Position numbers and translations under genes: made by a program. Positions 24,199 through 40,775 of a DNA stretch of 64,000 bases are shown here, piece by piece. Origin of the DNA: Utricularia gibba (lineage: Eukaryota > Plantae > Magnoliophyta); the NCBI GenBank assembly GCA_002189035.1, contig CM007991.1, positions 2,666,001 to 2,730,000 on the forward strand, read 5' to 3'. Under the pieces are notes generated by a model, which made no database searches, was not told the DNA's origin, and saw only the letters and a program-made list of their open reading frames with translations. The number at the start of each line of letters is the position of its first letter. Within the stretch, counting starts at the first letter, position 1.

Positions 24199-26780
24199 AT
24201 GGATCGGGGAAGATTTACTCCGTGTTCTCTTCTGTTGATTTTCTGTGTGCTTTCTGCCAATTCCAAGGTATCTGAAGGGGAATAATTTGCTGACACTCTA
24301 TTAGGGATTCCTGTGTCGAATTCATGATTCTCTTGATTGCTGCTGTTGACGCCTTTTTATTTCAGGTGATTTTTGGGAATACTTCTGTTCTTTTTCTTCA
24401 TAACCCCACCCGCCAGTATGTTCGCCAGCCGTCTGCTAAGGTGATCGCTCGATGTCCTGGATGAGCGTGTTGTATTTTCTATTATAATTGTTAGAGACTA
24501 CTACTATTTTCTAGGATTTCTTTTTTTGTTGTTAGAGACTATAATTCGTTTTGAAAAAATGGGGCTTGATTTCCCCGATTTTCTTTCCTCGATATTCTTG
24601 CAAAATAATGTCTAACTGTAACTTTTTGGTGGGTCCGCACATTGCATTCCCCTCTAAGTTGTGGTTCTTTGTGAGACATGGAACTTGGTATCATGTTCTA
24701 AACTTAACCGCAGAGCTGAAAAAAATAGATACGCAGCCTAAGAATATGGGCCGTATGAGGTTAATTCATTGATTAGTCTGTGTTGTTCAAGTTACTATCT
24801 TTGAGCAGATGCGGGCTTTAGATCTCCATTTTCTTTTATTTTTATAGTTCTTTTTTACACGTTTTTTTTTCTATGCAGGTGGATTCACTTTCCCCAGCTG
24901 AATTTGGTGCTATTACATCTGTTTTGCTTGGTTTTGCACCCCCTTCATCACTTAGTGCAGCTAGCTCATACAAGGTTTCTTCTATACAATTTTGATGGTT
25001 GTTTATTTATGCCTCACCATACTAGTTGATCATTTCCTTGTTACCTTTGCAGCTGAATGAAGTACTCATGCCTAACCCGTTTGATCAGCCTCGTGCTATG
25101 CTTATCCTTGAAGTTGCTGGAGTCAAAGGTAAGATGCAAATGATAAATGTGATACGTGCTTGATTATTGCTATTTTCATGTAGTTTGAACTGTTTCTGCA
25201 AATGTAGACTTCCCATTAAATGCTGGTGATATGAGGATAAATGTCGAGGATGATCAAAAAGTGGATGTTCAGCTGCCAGGTGTTGCCACGTAGTTCTGAT
25301 ATATTATGAAAGTTACTTTTTTTAAAAAAAAATGTTGTATCAAACCTGGCTTTTATCTTTTCAGGTGAAGATGAAGTGTATATTGTCAAGTTGAATGAAC
25401 TGGAGAGAGCCGATGAAATTTCTGATAAAGAAATAAGCAATTTTGTTGTTCTCTTAATCCGTCTGTCTTTTTACCTCCATGTTCACTTCTCTATGCAAAA
25501 CCTTATAATCAAATGTCGCATTGTGTATCAGGCATCTTGGTTAGGTGGATCATACACTGAAGACACAGCCAGACCACTGAATGGAGAGCTAATAATTCCT
25601 GCTGCAAATGGTGGTTTTTTAAGACTTCATATGGCAGAGGTTTATAAATTCAAGCAATTGAAAAACCTGTTTAATTGTGATTGATAGCTTTATGGTGAAT
25701 TCCCTTCAATGATTTTTATTTGGACTTCACAGGGATCTGACAAGAAATTTGTCATGGATCTTCTAGTTCTTATTAATGGTATAAGAGATGTATCCAGTAC
25801 AAATCAAATGTTGACAGAAAGGGCTCACAGTCCAGCAGAACTGATTAATGGCAGATTTGATGGAATTAAGGTAGTGTTGATGATATCTTATGATTTAGCA
25901 GGATTTTGAGATGTCTTTTTTTGCATAATTATGTCACTGTTTTCTTCGCTGCAGCTAAGTGCTCACAATGTTTGAAGGCTAAATGAAGCTTAACTTAGTA
26001 ATTGAAAAATAATATTGCTTTCGGGTTTCAAGATGTGGTGCCACTTAAAAGGAGGCCGATTTCTTTTCTTGATACCCTCAAGTGTCTTTCATGTCCCAGG
26101 TCTTACAAGATCGTTATGGAAAAGGAGAAATAGCTCGAAGTGGGTTGGATGTATTTTCCACTGCCATTTCAAAGGCATTCAGTTCTCTGGCATCATCCCG
26201 CGATGGTTTGTCATGTCTAATGCTTTCACTTCTTTGTGTGCATCTCTCTACAAATACGTATGATATATGCCAAAATTTTGAAAGATGTGCTGCTTGAGTG
26301 CCGGGAATGTTTTGGTTTCATTAATCGTGCTTAGTGAGCATGCATTGTGTGTTCTCCTATAATGATGCCTCTTAACCTGCATTAATTACGTGGCAGGGAA
26401 AATTGTTGGAGTTATTGGCTATGGATATCAGCCCGAGGGAATGATAGAAAACATGTTCCACATATCCATACCGTCAAAATCTTCTGCCCGTGCCTTAGAA
26501 GAAACCAGCCTTCCACCAATACCGCCCCAGATTGCACAAGTGTTCTTTGTTAGAACAACACTCGCTTGGATAACTGGAATCATTCTTTTGATTTCCACAC
26601 TTCTTGGGGTAAACCTTCCCTCCGTTTACCTACGCAAATTGCTACGACCCATTATATGGAAAAGGTGTATGCCTCACACGTTGATGACATGTCTCCTTGT
26701 TGTCTCTGCAGATTCACTTCCTTCTGAACATGCCACTTACCAAGGACACTCTTTTGTATTCCAACGTCAAGCTCGACTAG
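24199..26780 (+). CDS. PMP: Putative type-1 membrane protein (PMP-like), multi-exon
   Basis: Signal peptide MDRGRFTPCSLLLIFCVLSANSK; SVLLGFAPPSSLS..S.KLNEVLMPNPFDQPRA; ASWLGGSY; TM RTTLAWITGIILLISTLLG; C-terminus IHFLLNMPLTKDTLLYSNVKLD*. Confidence 0.85.
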
Positions 26781-27175
26781 CCAGCTTTATTTATGTTTGC
26801 TTGTCTCCTCCTTTTTCTGATGGTGCGGTGGAAGCTGTAGACCCCGTGGTCTTACTGGTGACTGGTTTCATATGCCGGCAAGTTTATAGATGGAGAATTT
26901 GGAATTCTGGAGTCAGCTGCTTTTTCAAGCGCATGATGTTCTATTTTGCTACAAAATAAGCCCTGGTTTTGGGTGTACGGTATATCCTTCTTTCCCATCT
27001 CATCCTTCTATTTCATGCCATGAAACACGGTGCTTCAGTTTTAAAGCCTTGTATCTAATTCTCAATATCTATGCATATGTCTTTCAACACTGAACTTCTC
27101 GAAAGTAAAATCTCATTCAGATTTTATCTTAAGACTCGCGGGCCAGGAGTAATTCAGTTGATGAGGTCCTCCTCT

Positions 27176-29021
27176 TCAGGATTGTTGGGAGGAGCCTGTG
27201 GCATCGAAACCAGGAGGTATGAACACTACATCATCCCACATCGACACCGAACCATCCTGCAATATACACAAACTCACTCATTCATACGACGATTATGAGT
27301 TGGTAAGTCATAAAATTCAAGCAGGAGATGAAAAGATCGCACACCCTACCTTCATTCCTTGGATCATGTTCTCGAGTACATCAACCTGTCACATTAGAGC
27401 AGCGAAGAGTGACCAACTTTGGATGGTATAAGATGGAGAGATAATAATAAAAATAAATAAACAAACAAACCTGAATGTCTCCTTTTCTCAGTGCAGGATA
27501 TGATTGTCTCTGATCACCAGCAGCTCTTAACAGAGACTTCTCTAGATCCTCCTGCTCATTTCACAAACATAGTAAATCCAGTGCAGTGCATAAACTAGTT
27601 GATTTTGCTTGCTTTGCTCCTCAGTCTACCTTGCGGAAGAACACGGGCCTGTATCGCTTATCCTGAGTCCGTAATATTAACCTCTGTGACTGCAGAAAAC
27701 TCGCAGAACATATTTTAGTGTAAAGGGGGTTAGGAAAGGTGGCGATGTAAAATACAAGGTTTCAGAGCAGGCACAATATTCTGTTCAAACAGAACAAAAT
27801 TTGATTTGGTAGTGCAAACATAAAGCAGAAACGGGGACCACACCTGGAAAACCGGAACCCCACAGAAAGTGTCATCTGGAATTCCATCTTCTTGCGTACC
27901 TGTAGAAGTTTTACAGGTGACTTAAGCATGCGCATGAAAGGGAATTGACATCCTAAAGCCAACAAAGTTCTGTAAATGGGCTGACAGTTCAAACCCACGA
28001 ATCCAAAGTAATGACAATCACAGACCTGATGATGAAGTTGAAGTTACTGAGAGATCATTCAGGAAAAAAAAAATGCATTCAGGAAGTTGAAGTTGAAGTT
28101 ATTGAAGTTGAAGTTGAAATTCGCATGCACTTTGCTCCCCTTACACCCATTCACAGCATATCCATTTGCATTATGGGGAACTGGGAAAACATGAAAACCA
28201 AAATATCAACATATTCAGAGATCGGTTTGATATCCTCAAAATAGACCTTTAAGGCGTTCCTAATCTGTGAAGCTTCGGGTAGCAACCTTAGAGCAACTCC
28301 ATCAACCTTAAGCTGAAATACCTGCGAAAAAACTAAAGTAAAATCAGATTATGACACTTGCGAACACAGATCACAACAAGTTGGGGAAAAACTAATCCAA
28401 AGTCTTGAGCTTAAATTATTTTAAATGTTGCAGTCAGTTTAATAGTAATGAGTTAGAATAATTCAATTAACCTATTGGTAATTGGTTTGAATCACTTGAA
28501 AAAAAAATGCAAGCTATCCCCTTCTGCCTTCGGCTATGAACATGCAAACGAAGAACAATCAGCAATGTTTATACCTTGCATAAATCAACTGGAACAACTT
28601 GTGAGTCCAAACTCATGGATGGATTAGAAGCCTTCATCTGATTGAGAAGTATCTCAGCATCCGCTTCACTGAAGCAAAACAATCCCAAACTTTTCCCTGT
28701 ACTCTTCCCCGAAACTAAAACAAATTCTCGCGCGGCATTGCTGAGAGCGAAAACCGGAATTCCGGAAAGCCTCTTCTCTATATCTTCTGCAGCCATGGTG
28801 CGTTTCTTTGTATTGAAAAAAGCATTTTCACTGGGCACAGCGTTAAGGACTTTGTTATCCTTGGATATGTTGGCGGAGGCAGGTTGTCTAGCAGCCGGCT
28901 CTGGATGAAAGTTCCGCAGTAATCTTGAGAAATGGTTTCGCAGAGAAGAAACGGCTTGCTCCAGAGGCGGCAGCAGCGATGAAGGCGCCTCCGCCGTGGG
29001 AGAGGGTTTAAAGGTCTCCAT
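27176..29021 (-). CDS. TIC22: Chloroplast intermembrane-space import chaperone Tic22-like (Tic22-III type), 7 exons
   Basis: IEKRLSGIPVFALSN..EFVLVSG.STGKSLGLF; VFQLKVDGVALRLLPE; GVPVFQ; RYRPVFFRKEDLEKSL; WDDVVFIPPGF. One 56-nt exon (27899-27844) is 1 nt short of frame. Confidence 0.9.
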
Positions 29022-29443
29022 TCCGCTATCCGAGTCTAGGTCGTCCGTACAACAAGCAACGATGTTTGGAAACTTTATCCATTTACTAAATTTTATAACA
29101 TAATAATTTAAATATTTACGTCAACATAAATATCAAATCAACTTTATATTTGATACTTAAATTTCATAAAAAATTATTTAAAAAAATCTCCATTTAATAA
29201 AAAAATTTAAAAAATATGACTAATAAAATTTCACCTTAAAAAATGTGTTTTTTTAAGAAAAATGGGGAATGAATTAAAAGATGGACAGATGCCTCTGTGA
29301 AAACGAAATAAAAAGGGCCAGTTGTAGAAGAAGCTGAGTCACTTCCATTCTACTTGCAATTCGATACTTAACGGCCACTTCCCCATGAAATGAATACACA
29401 GCGAACCAAGAGGCATATCAGAACCCAATCAAGAGGCACTGGT

Positions 29444-33304
<3,861 letters not shown>

Positions 33305-33973
33305 TCTGAGAACAGTATTTCCCTCAATACCGCCCCCTCTTTATAAAGGAATAATACTCAGCTGGAACTGGGGTTTGGAATTCAGACTTGTCTTTCTGAG
33401 TCCGTACGGCGGACACGCCGAACACCGTGTCCACATTTGGTGGATCTCGTGGTTATAATCATAGAATGCGATCATTATTAGGGTTTAGTATCATTATTCG
33501 TTTTTCTAGAAATGTTTATAACTAAATAATACAAAATATTAATTATTTGATTTCCGTTTATCGTATGTGCTGCCTCAGTGATGACAAACAATGCCTTTAC
33601 ATCAAGTCACCGTGGACATCATGGATGACGTCATCAGGACAATGTAAATAATGTGTTTGTTCGTTCTTTAACTAACTAATTGCACTGTTTTCATCACGCA
33701 CCCAAAGCCTTCATAGCAAATCTGCGTTGAAGGCTGCATCACAAGGGAGCTCCTTGCTCATGGCTGGCCTGCGCTACTGTTACACCGTCACCGTCATTGA
33801 GAAGGTTTTTGAAAAGCAAAGGAAAAAAAGAAACCAAGAATGCATCATCCTTCATGCTCACTGGAAAGCCTGTCAACTGTGTTGTAATCTGTAGAGGAAG
33901 GAGTTAGTGAAAGAAATGGGGTGAAAAAATGGAGGCAGAAGAGGATGCGCCTACCAGAAAGACCGACGCTCTG

Positions 33974-34996
33974 TTATGTGCACTTGAAGTTATGGCAGAT
34001 GGAGAGGAAAACAACCAGTGCCAAGGCCACCACAATGCCGAATACGATCAGCTTCACCTTCATGTTCCGAACCCACATTTTCCTTTTCATTTTAGTCCCT
34101 TGCTGCTTGAAGTCCTGCGCCTGGAAAACCAAGCAGGTAGAGGATCGATGAAAATGGCGCCACTGGGAAAGGAAGACTCGTGTATCTTGTGGTTAAAAGT
34201 GTACCTGGGAACGGAGGTTATCCGTTTTATCAACCAGCAGTTCGATTTTCTCACCGCGATCAAGAACCTGGAGGGCATCAGTATGATGATAAGATCAGAG
34301 TTTTGAACTCAAGGATTCATAAATGGTTCGTGCTAATCTTCAAGCCTGGAATGGGTGGGTACCTTTTCGATGTTCTGCATCATCACACCCTTCACCTCCG
34401 AGACCTGGGCCTTCACCTTGGCAAGTTTGTTGATTTCTTCAGGGTGGTCGATGCAATACTGCATGTGCGCTTTCAGCTTGGGGCTATGGCAGACGGAAAG
34501 AATGCGATATGTTATCACGCTACAGATCCCAAGAAGGAAAAAAGAAAGAAAGCACGGGATCACCCGAACTCCTTTTTGAGACCATTCGCCCCTGCATTGC
34601 CCGCCTTCCCTCCTGCGTATCTCTTGTTGAAATCCTCCTTAACCCGTTCCAGGAAGGCGATCGGAAGCTGCCTACCGGCAGATTCAACCGCCACGACGCA
34701 GAAAGCTGCAATAAAACAGGACGCATCATTCAAAGAGACATAGCAATTTCCCTGAAATGAAAATCCAATCGCAGCGAAAAGAATGCGTAAAGTTTCAAGG
34801 ATGATACTGAATCCATTGTCCAGATGGTAGTTGAAGGTATGGCCGTCGCAGCTGTAAGTAAATCGATTGCTCGACGCCGGCAGCTTCTGCAGACATTGCG
34901 CCGCGACGGAGGTGAAATTCCCTTTAAATTCCGTGTAATCTGCAAGTATCACCGTCCCCTCGCCACGAAGCTGTAGATCAATTCCTGCTGACCCAT
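33974..34996 (-). CDS. VAMP72: R-SNARE VAMP72 (VAMP721/722-like), 5 exons
   Basis: [13 protein letters not shown](G)[26 protein letters not shown] longin domain; [42 protein letters not shown] synaptobrevin; C-terminal TM. Apparent -1 at 34956-34959. Confidence 0.93.
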
Positions 34997-35766
34997 CGGA
35001 GAAACTAATTTCACGATTAGACGTATGCTATTGCCCAAAAAATTAATAATAAAAAACAGTCGCCCATAAAAAAAAGCCTCAAAAAAAGCGAAAAATAGAA
35101 ATTGTGTGACTGGAGAGGGAGGAATTTTCGGGAAAATTATTTAATCCAAGGGTATTTCCGTCTCCACAACTCACCCACGGGGTAGTCTCGACTTTTCACC
35201 TTAGTCATAGTGTTCAGATCCGTGACGGTATTAATGATGAATTATATATCTAGATAATTAAATTTCTCATAAAGGCAGATGAAATGAGGAGGAGAATTTA
35301 TTTCACACTTGCAACCAACCATTTTAAAATAGGTTCCCTATGTCCGAATTTGTTTTTCAAACTTTAAGTAATAAATAATTAAATACAATAGTATCATTTC
35401 AATATAATAATTTATTTAGAATCGAGCGGTTTTGATTACATCTGGTCCACTGAACGTATGGGCTTCTTCGCAGATCGGTGGGCCCCCTTCATGGTTAGGG
35501 ATGGGTGGCCCAGAGCCGCCCTGGACCCGCCTCCCGCCCACCGAGAGTATCATTTAATCTATTTTTATTTATTTATTTATTTATTATCCCTTTTATGTCT
35601 ATTCAAAAAATAAAATCCCTAATCATCCTTGTAAGGTCAACCGCTAAAAAAAGCATACGCATATTATTGAAAATAAATAATATTATTTAAGAATATTATT
35701 CTTATATATTAAAATTAAAAATGATTAATTGGGAAGATGGAGGTGTGTTTGAGTGGGTGGGCGCAC

Positions 35767-35964
35767 AGCTACCTCGTGAGGAAGGGGAAATTAGGTAGCT
35801 ATGTGGAAGGGGGGTTCGTGTATGTGCCACGCACCACGTCGCCGCTCCTGTCCACTTAACTGCAAAGGTTGTTGTGAGTTTTTGGTAATTTCAATGCTGG
35901 TGGGCACGTGACTTCAGCTACCACTCCAGTCGCCCGCCACCCTCCCATCTCTGGCTCATATAAA
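35767..35964 (+). promoter_or_regulatory. CHS promoter: MYB-type CTACC elements, ACGT/G-box elements, TATA box
   Basis: gctacc at 35769, reverse agctacctaa at 35791-35800, ccacgtcg at about 35834, CACGTG 35905-35910 next to cagctacc 35915-35922, TATAAA 35959-35964. Same architecture as known CHS MYB/bZIP/bHLH units. Confidence 0.7.
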
Positions 35965-36040
35965 GAGTGCCCTTTCTTCCTCCGGAGGCCAGCCACATAC
36001 AATCTGGTTGCATCGTCAGATCTCCTCAACTTACAGCATA

Positions 36041-37422
36041 ATGGTGACCGTCGAAGAAGTTCGCCGCGCTCAGAGGGCTGAGGGACCGGCTACGGTGCTT
36101 GCGATCGGAACGGCGGTCCCCCCCAACTGCGTAGATCAGAGCACTTATCCTGATTACTACTTCCGGATCACCAACAGCGAGCATATGGTGGAGCTCAAGG
36201 AGAAATTCAAGCGCATGTGTAGGTTTTTTGTTTTTTTTTGTTTCGGTTGGATCAGTCTGGGTGTTGGCTGAAAGGTGGTTCTGGCTTCGAGGTGTGGGCC
36301 TCTTTGTTGCATGCTACTGTTTTGAGTAAGGGGGGGGGGGTGTTGTGGAGATTTTTGGCAGGGGTGTGGTTTGGCTTGAAGAGGTTAGGGAGGCCTGCTG
36401 TGTGACTTGTCTATTTTTTATGGTTTCAGGTGATAAATCCATGATCAAGAAGAGGTATATGTACCTGAATGAGGAGATTTTGAAGGAGAATCCCAGCATC
36501 TGCGCGTACATGGCGCCGTCGCTGGATATCCGTCAAGATATGCTGGTCGTGGAGGTGCCCAAGCTGGGAAGGAAGCGGCGCAGAAAGCAATCAAAGAATG
36601 GGGGCAGCCCAAATCGAAGATCACGCATCTGATTTTCTGCACAACCTCCGGTGTCGACATGCCGGGGTACGACTACCAGCTGACCAAGTTACTCGGTCTC
36701 AGATCCTCTGTCCGCCGTGTCATGTTGTACCAGCAAGGTTGCTTCGCCGGGGGTACGGTTCTCCGTGTCGCCAAGGATCTGGCGGAGAACAACCGCGGCG
36801 CCAGAGTTCTGGTTGTTTGCTCTGAAATTACAGCGTGCACCTTCCGTGGCCCCAGCGAAACCCATCTTGACAGCCTGGTTGGACAGTCTCTGTTCGGGGA
36901 CGGGGCAGCGGCGGTCATAGTCGGGGCGGATCCAATTGTCGGTATCGAACGGCCCCTCTTTCAGATTGTGTCGGCGGCTCAAACGCTGCTCCCCGACAGC
37001 CACGGCGCTATCGACGGGCATCTCCGTGAAGTGGGATTGACCTTCCATTTGCTGAAAGACGTGCCCGGGCTCGTTGCGAAGAACATTGAGAACAGCCTAA
37101 AGGAAGCCTTCCAGCCCCTGGGCATCTCCGATTGGAACTCCATCTTCTGGATCGCCCATCCCGGGGGCCCGCGATTCTTGATCAGGTGGAAGCGAAGGTG
37201 GCGCTCAAGGCGGAGAAACTCCGGGCGACAAGGGAGATCCTGAAGGAGTACGGGAACATGTCGAGCGCTTGCGTTCTGTTCATACTGGACGAGATGAGGA
37301 AGACGTCCGCGAAAGAGGGAGCAGCGACGACCGGAGAAGGATTGGACTGGGGCGTACTCTTCGGGTTCGGGCCGGGAATGACCGTGGAGACGGTGGTTTT
37401 GCACAGCGTTCCCATCAACTGA
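36041..37422 (+). CDS. CHS: Chalcone synthase, 2 exons; two apparent -1 frameshifts in homopolymers
   Basis: [24 protein letters not shown]; single intron 36219-36429 splitting the Cys codon; QQGCFAGG (catalytic Cys), AHPGG (His), YGNMSSAC (Asn), [17 protein letters not shown]. Frame breaks at 36569-36570 and 37168-37170. Confidence 0.96.
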
Positions 37423-37689
37423 ACAACACACACCACGTTTGCTGTCATTCAACATGCAGCCGGGGATGACGTGTCCGCTGTAAGTTGCTTATTTTACTAC
37501 CGTAATTTGTTGTACCCTATAATGCTCTGCCCTTGTGTGCAATAAATGAATCTGGCAAATGAAGAAGACCACTCAACTATTTCCATTCCGATTCTCCTTT
37601 TTAAATCCTGTATACCAATTACATATATATTAAAAAGTTCCCTCTCAAATTTCAAAAAGTAATGATGAAAAAGATGAAAAAATTGTAGT

Positions 37690-38035
37690 GGAGCAACAAT
37701 GCATTATACTCATTATTTCAAAAATTTACTTTACACATATATTATGAGCAATTGTATAGTTGACACAAAAATAGCAACAATGAACATTAGCTTGACAGAA
37801 CTAAATCAATTGATTTCAGAGTTATGATTGACACTCATAGCAACAATGTCATAATGTAGACACCAGACCAGGTGGACACTTGTAGCAACAATGCTATGAT
37901 GCAAGCGTAGCATTGCGATGGCCAATGTTGGTAGGCGCGAGACTTGGCCGACCCCGTAACAACAATATCATGATGCAAACGTGAGTGATAGTACGATGGC
38001 CAAAGTTGGTAGGCCCGAGGCCTGGCCGCCATCGC
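37690..38035. repeat. Degenerate tandem array with TAGCAACAATG core; two about 75-bp units plus shorter partial units
   Basis: Units start at 37883 and 37957 and share caacaat..atgatgcaa.cgt...cgatggccaa.gttggtaggc.cgag.c.tggccg. Core also recurs near 37690, 37772 and 37838. Confidence 0.75.
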
Positions 38036-38672
38036 ACGAGGAGTTTACGAGATCAATACCATAATGCTATTTGGATCATTGTCACTAGACCCTAATTTTA
38101 TATTCTCTTAAATTTAGGCACTTATCCTCCTCATTAAATGAATTTTATATTATTGGTATGCGCTGGAGTCTTAAAACAATATCTCACATGGCCCACAACC
38201 CTGAATATCGTGTACTCCATGCTTTCATTGAATTGATGGTCTGATTTAGATTAAATCAAATATATTTTATGTAAAATAGAACTATTTTTTTAGTAGGCAT
38301 ATTTAAAATACAAATAGTTTTTTTTTTAATTAAGCGAATTTTTATTTATTTCTACTACATTTATCATAAAATATCATTTTAATTGTTGTAAAGTTTAGGT
38401 ATTAAATATAATTGTAATTTTTATTTCTCGTTGCATATTTATATAATATAATAATTTAATTAATTAAATAAAATTGTTATACGAAAGTAGAGGTGGAGCA
38501 CGCGGATTCCTTCGGATCGGATCAACGGTGTGGATCATCGCGTCGGATTAAAGCTACGGGTCGGATGTAAAGACTACGCTACCGTCTTAGGGCTCCCGGC
38601 GCCACTATATATACCTGCATTTCCTTCGTATCTCTCGGAGAGCGACTTCTTGTGAATTCGAGGGATCGACCG

Positions 38673-40182
38673 ATGGTGAGTTGTCTTCTTCGCAGATTCA
38701 CGAGATCTCTATTCTTTACCAGATTTTTTGAATTCTTCTTTTTTCGCGTTTTTAGGCACTTCCTAATCAGCAGACGGTTGACTACCCGAGCTTCAAGCTT
38801 GTCATTGTCGGGGACGGCGGGACAGGTGGTTTTCGCTCTCTTTTACATGTGTTTTAGTGTTGTAATCTTTAGCGTTGGATCGGTTGTCGGATGTTAGCCA
38901 AGATAGTAGTTGGTTTGGTATGGGGCTGGGTCAGGTACCCTGTGATTGCCTCTAGTTTTACTGCATCAGAAATATGAATCGTCCGCGCAAAGAACCAGCG
39001 CTTTTACTTTATCCTTTTATTGTACTGTCTTCTTTGCATTTCGGGTGGAATTTCTGTTGCCCGATTTCTGGCTAATTGTACTGTTTTGCTATTGCAGGAA
39101 AAACCACATTTGTAAAAAGACATATCACGGGTGAATTTGAGAAGAAGTATGAACGTAAGATCCGTTTTACCTGATCTGGCCTGAAATGGCACCTGGTGTG
39201 GAATAGTCTTCGAAATGTTGTTTATTTTTCTCTGTTTTGTAGCTACAATTGGCGTAGAAGTTCACCCTTTGGATTTCTTCACCAACTGTGGGAAGATCCG
39301 TTTTTATTGCTGGGACACTGCTGGTCAAGAAAAATTTGGTGGCCTCAGGGACGGATACTAGTAAGTGATTTGATCTTCATGCATGAATTTTGAATGGTCG
39401 TGAATCTTGTCTTAAAACCTGGTCAGGCGGGGTTAGGTTTTCCGAATGGCCAATGCTGGCCTAACATGGACTGAAGGCTGTGTTAACATGATCCTGATTT
39501 GTTTTGTTGCAGCATCCATGGACAATGTGCCATTATCATGTTTGATGTTACTGCAAGATTGACTTACAAGAACGTTCCTACGTGGCACCGAGACCTCTGC
39601 AGGTAGTTCTGGAGATCAAGGTCCAAGTTTTGATCTCTTGCATACTACTGCATACCTAATCGTTCTTCTGTTAATTCAGGGTTTGTGAAAATATCCCTAT
39701 CGTGCTTTGTGGGAACAAGGTCGATGTGAAGAACAGGCAGGTGAAGGCCAAACAAGTCACATTCCACAGGAAAAAGAATCTGCAGTACTATGAGATATCC
39801 GCAAAAAGTAACTACAACTTCGAGAAGCCTTTCCTTTACCTCGCCAGGAAGCTTGCCGGGTATGCTTCTGATAGCTCTCGAGGATTGGCTTCCCTCCAGC
39901 TCTTCCCTTTCGCTTGTTTCACATTCCCTGAGTTGTATGCAGTGATCAGAACCTCCACTTCGTCGAGTCTCCTGCTCTTGCACCTCCGGAAGTACACATC
40001 GATTTGGAAGCACAGCGACAGTAAGCTCCTCGTTGCTGAAAAAGCTCATGTAACTGGTTTATATCCTTGATAACTTGCGGCTGACACCTTGGCCATCCCA
40101 TTTCCTTTCCAGACACGAAGCTGAACTCAATCATGCTGTCACTCAGCCACTACCGGATGATGACGATGATGCCTTCGAGTAG
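38673..40182 (+). CDS. RAN: Ran small nuclear GTPase, 8 exons
   Basis: ATG-only exon 1, then [32 protein letters not shown]; [17 protein letters not shown]; [50 protein letters not shown]; acidic tail [11 protein letters not shown]. Confidence 0.97.
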
Positions 40183-40775
40183 GACACGATGGCCGTCTAT
40201 CCCTTGTTTCACATGGCATGCGCAGCGGATCTTCTTCTCTTTCTGAGTCTCTCCAAAGATGTCATTACTGAACCGGGTAGCCTCCTGAAGCTTGCAGTTG
40301 GTGCGGTGTGAGGTGGTGGATGAGTAGCGGTTTTTTGGATTGTTGCAACCAAAACGTTTGTTTGAGATTCGCATTGATCAGTTTTTATGTGCTTTTTTCT
40401 GTGCAAGAGAAGAAGAAATTATTAAGAAAAAATTGCAAATCAGATATTTAACTGTCTGAAACCGACTTGTCTGTATTGACGTTGAGGAAAGCTCAAGCAG
40501 ACATTTGTAACCGCTTGTCTGTAAACTACCAGGGGAAACGCACCCATGAAAAGTGCTTCAACAACCAGTCAGACGGTCCATTGAAAAAGAATCATCTGTG
40601 AAAAAATAGTGCACGGAACTCGGAACAAGCAAGAGGAAATGCAGTTGAAAAAACCTTTGCTTCATTAATGAACACAAGTGTTTTTTATACATGTGTCTCA
40701 GCTCTCGAGATGGAGCACAGCAGACGCAAAATGGTATTTTCATCTCCAAAATAGGAACCATGGGAAAAAGAAGCA

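Noticed and set aside
33746-33762. AAGGGAGCTCCTTG (miR159/319-like); also TGGACTGAAGG in a Ran intron near 39468
   Set aside because: 10-11 nt partial matches without precursor structure.
36041-37422. Calling CHS and the other frameshifted genes pseudogenes
   Set aside because: All lesions are -1 in homopolymers, with no other stops or decay seen. Assembly error is more parsimonious.
37690-38035. Repeat array as CRISPR-like
   Set aside because: Eukaryotic context, degenerate units, no repeat-spacer periodicity and no cas genes.
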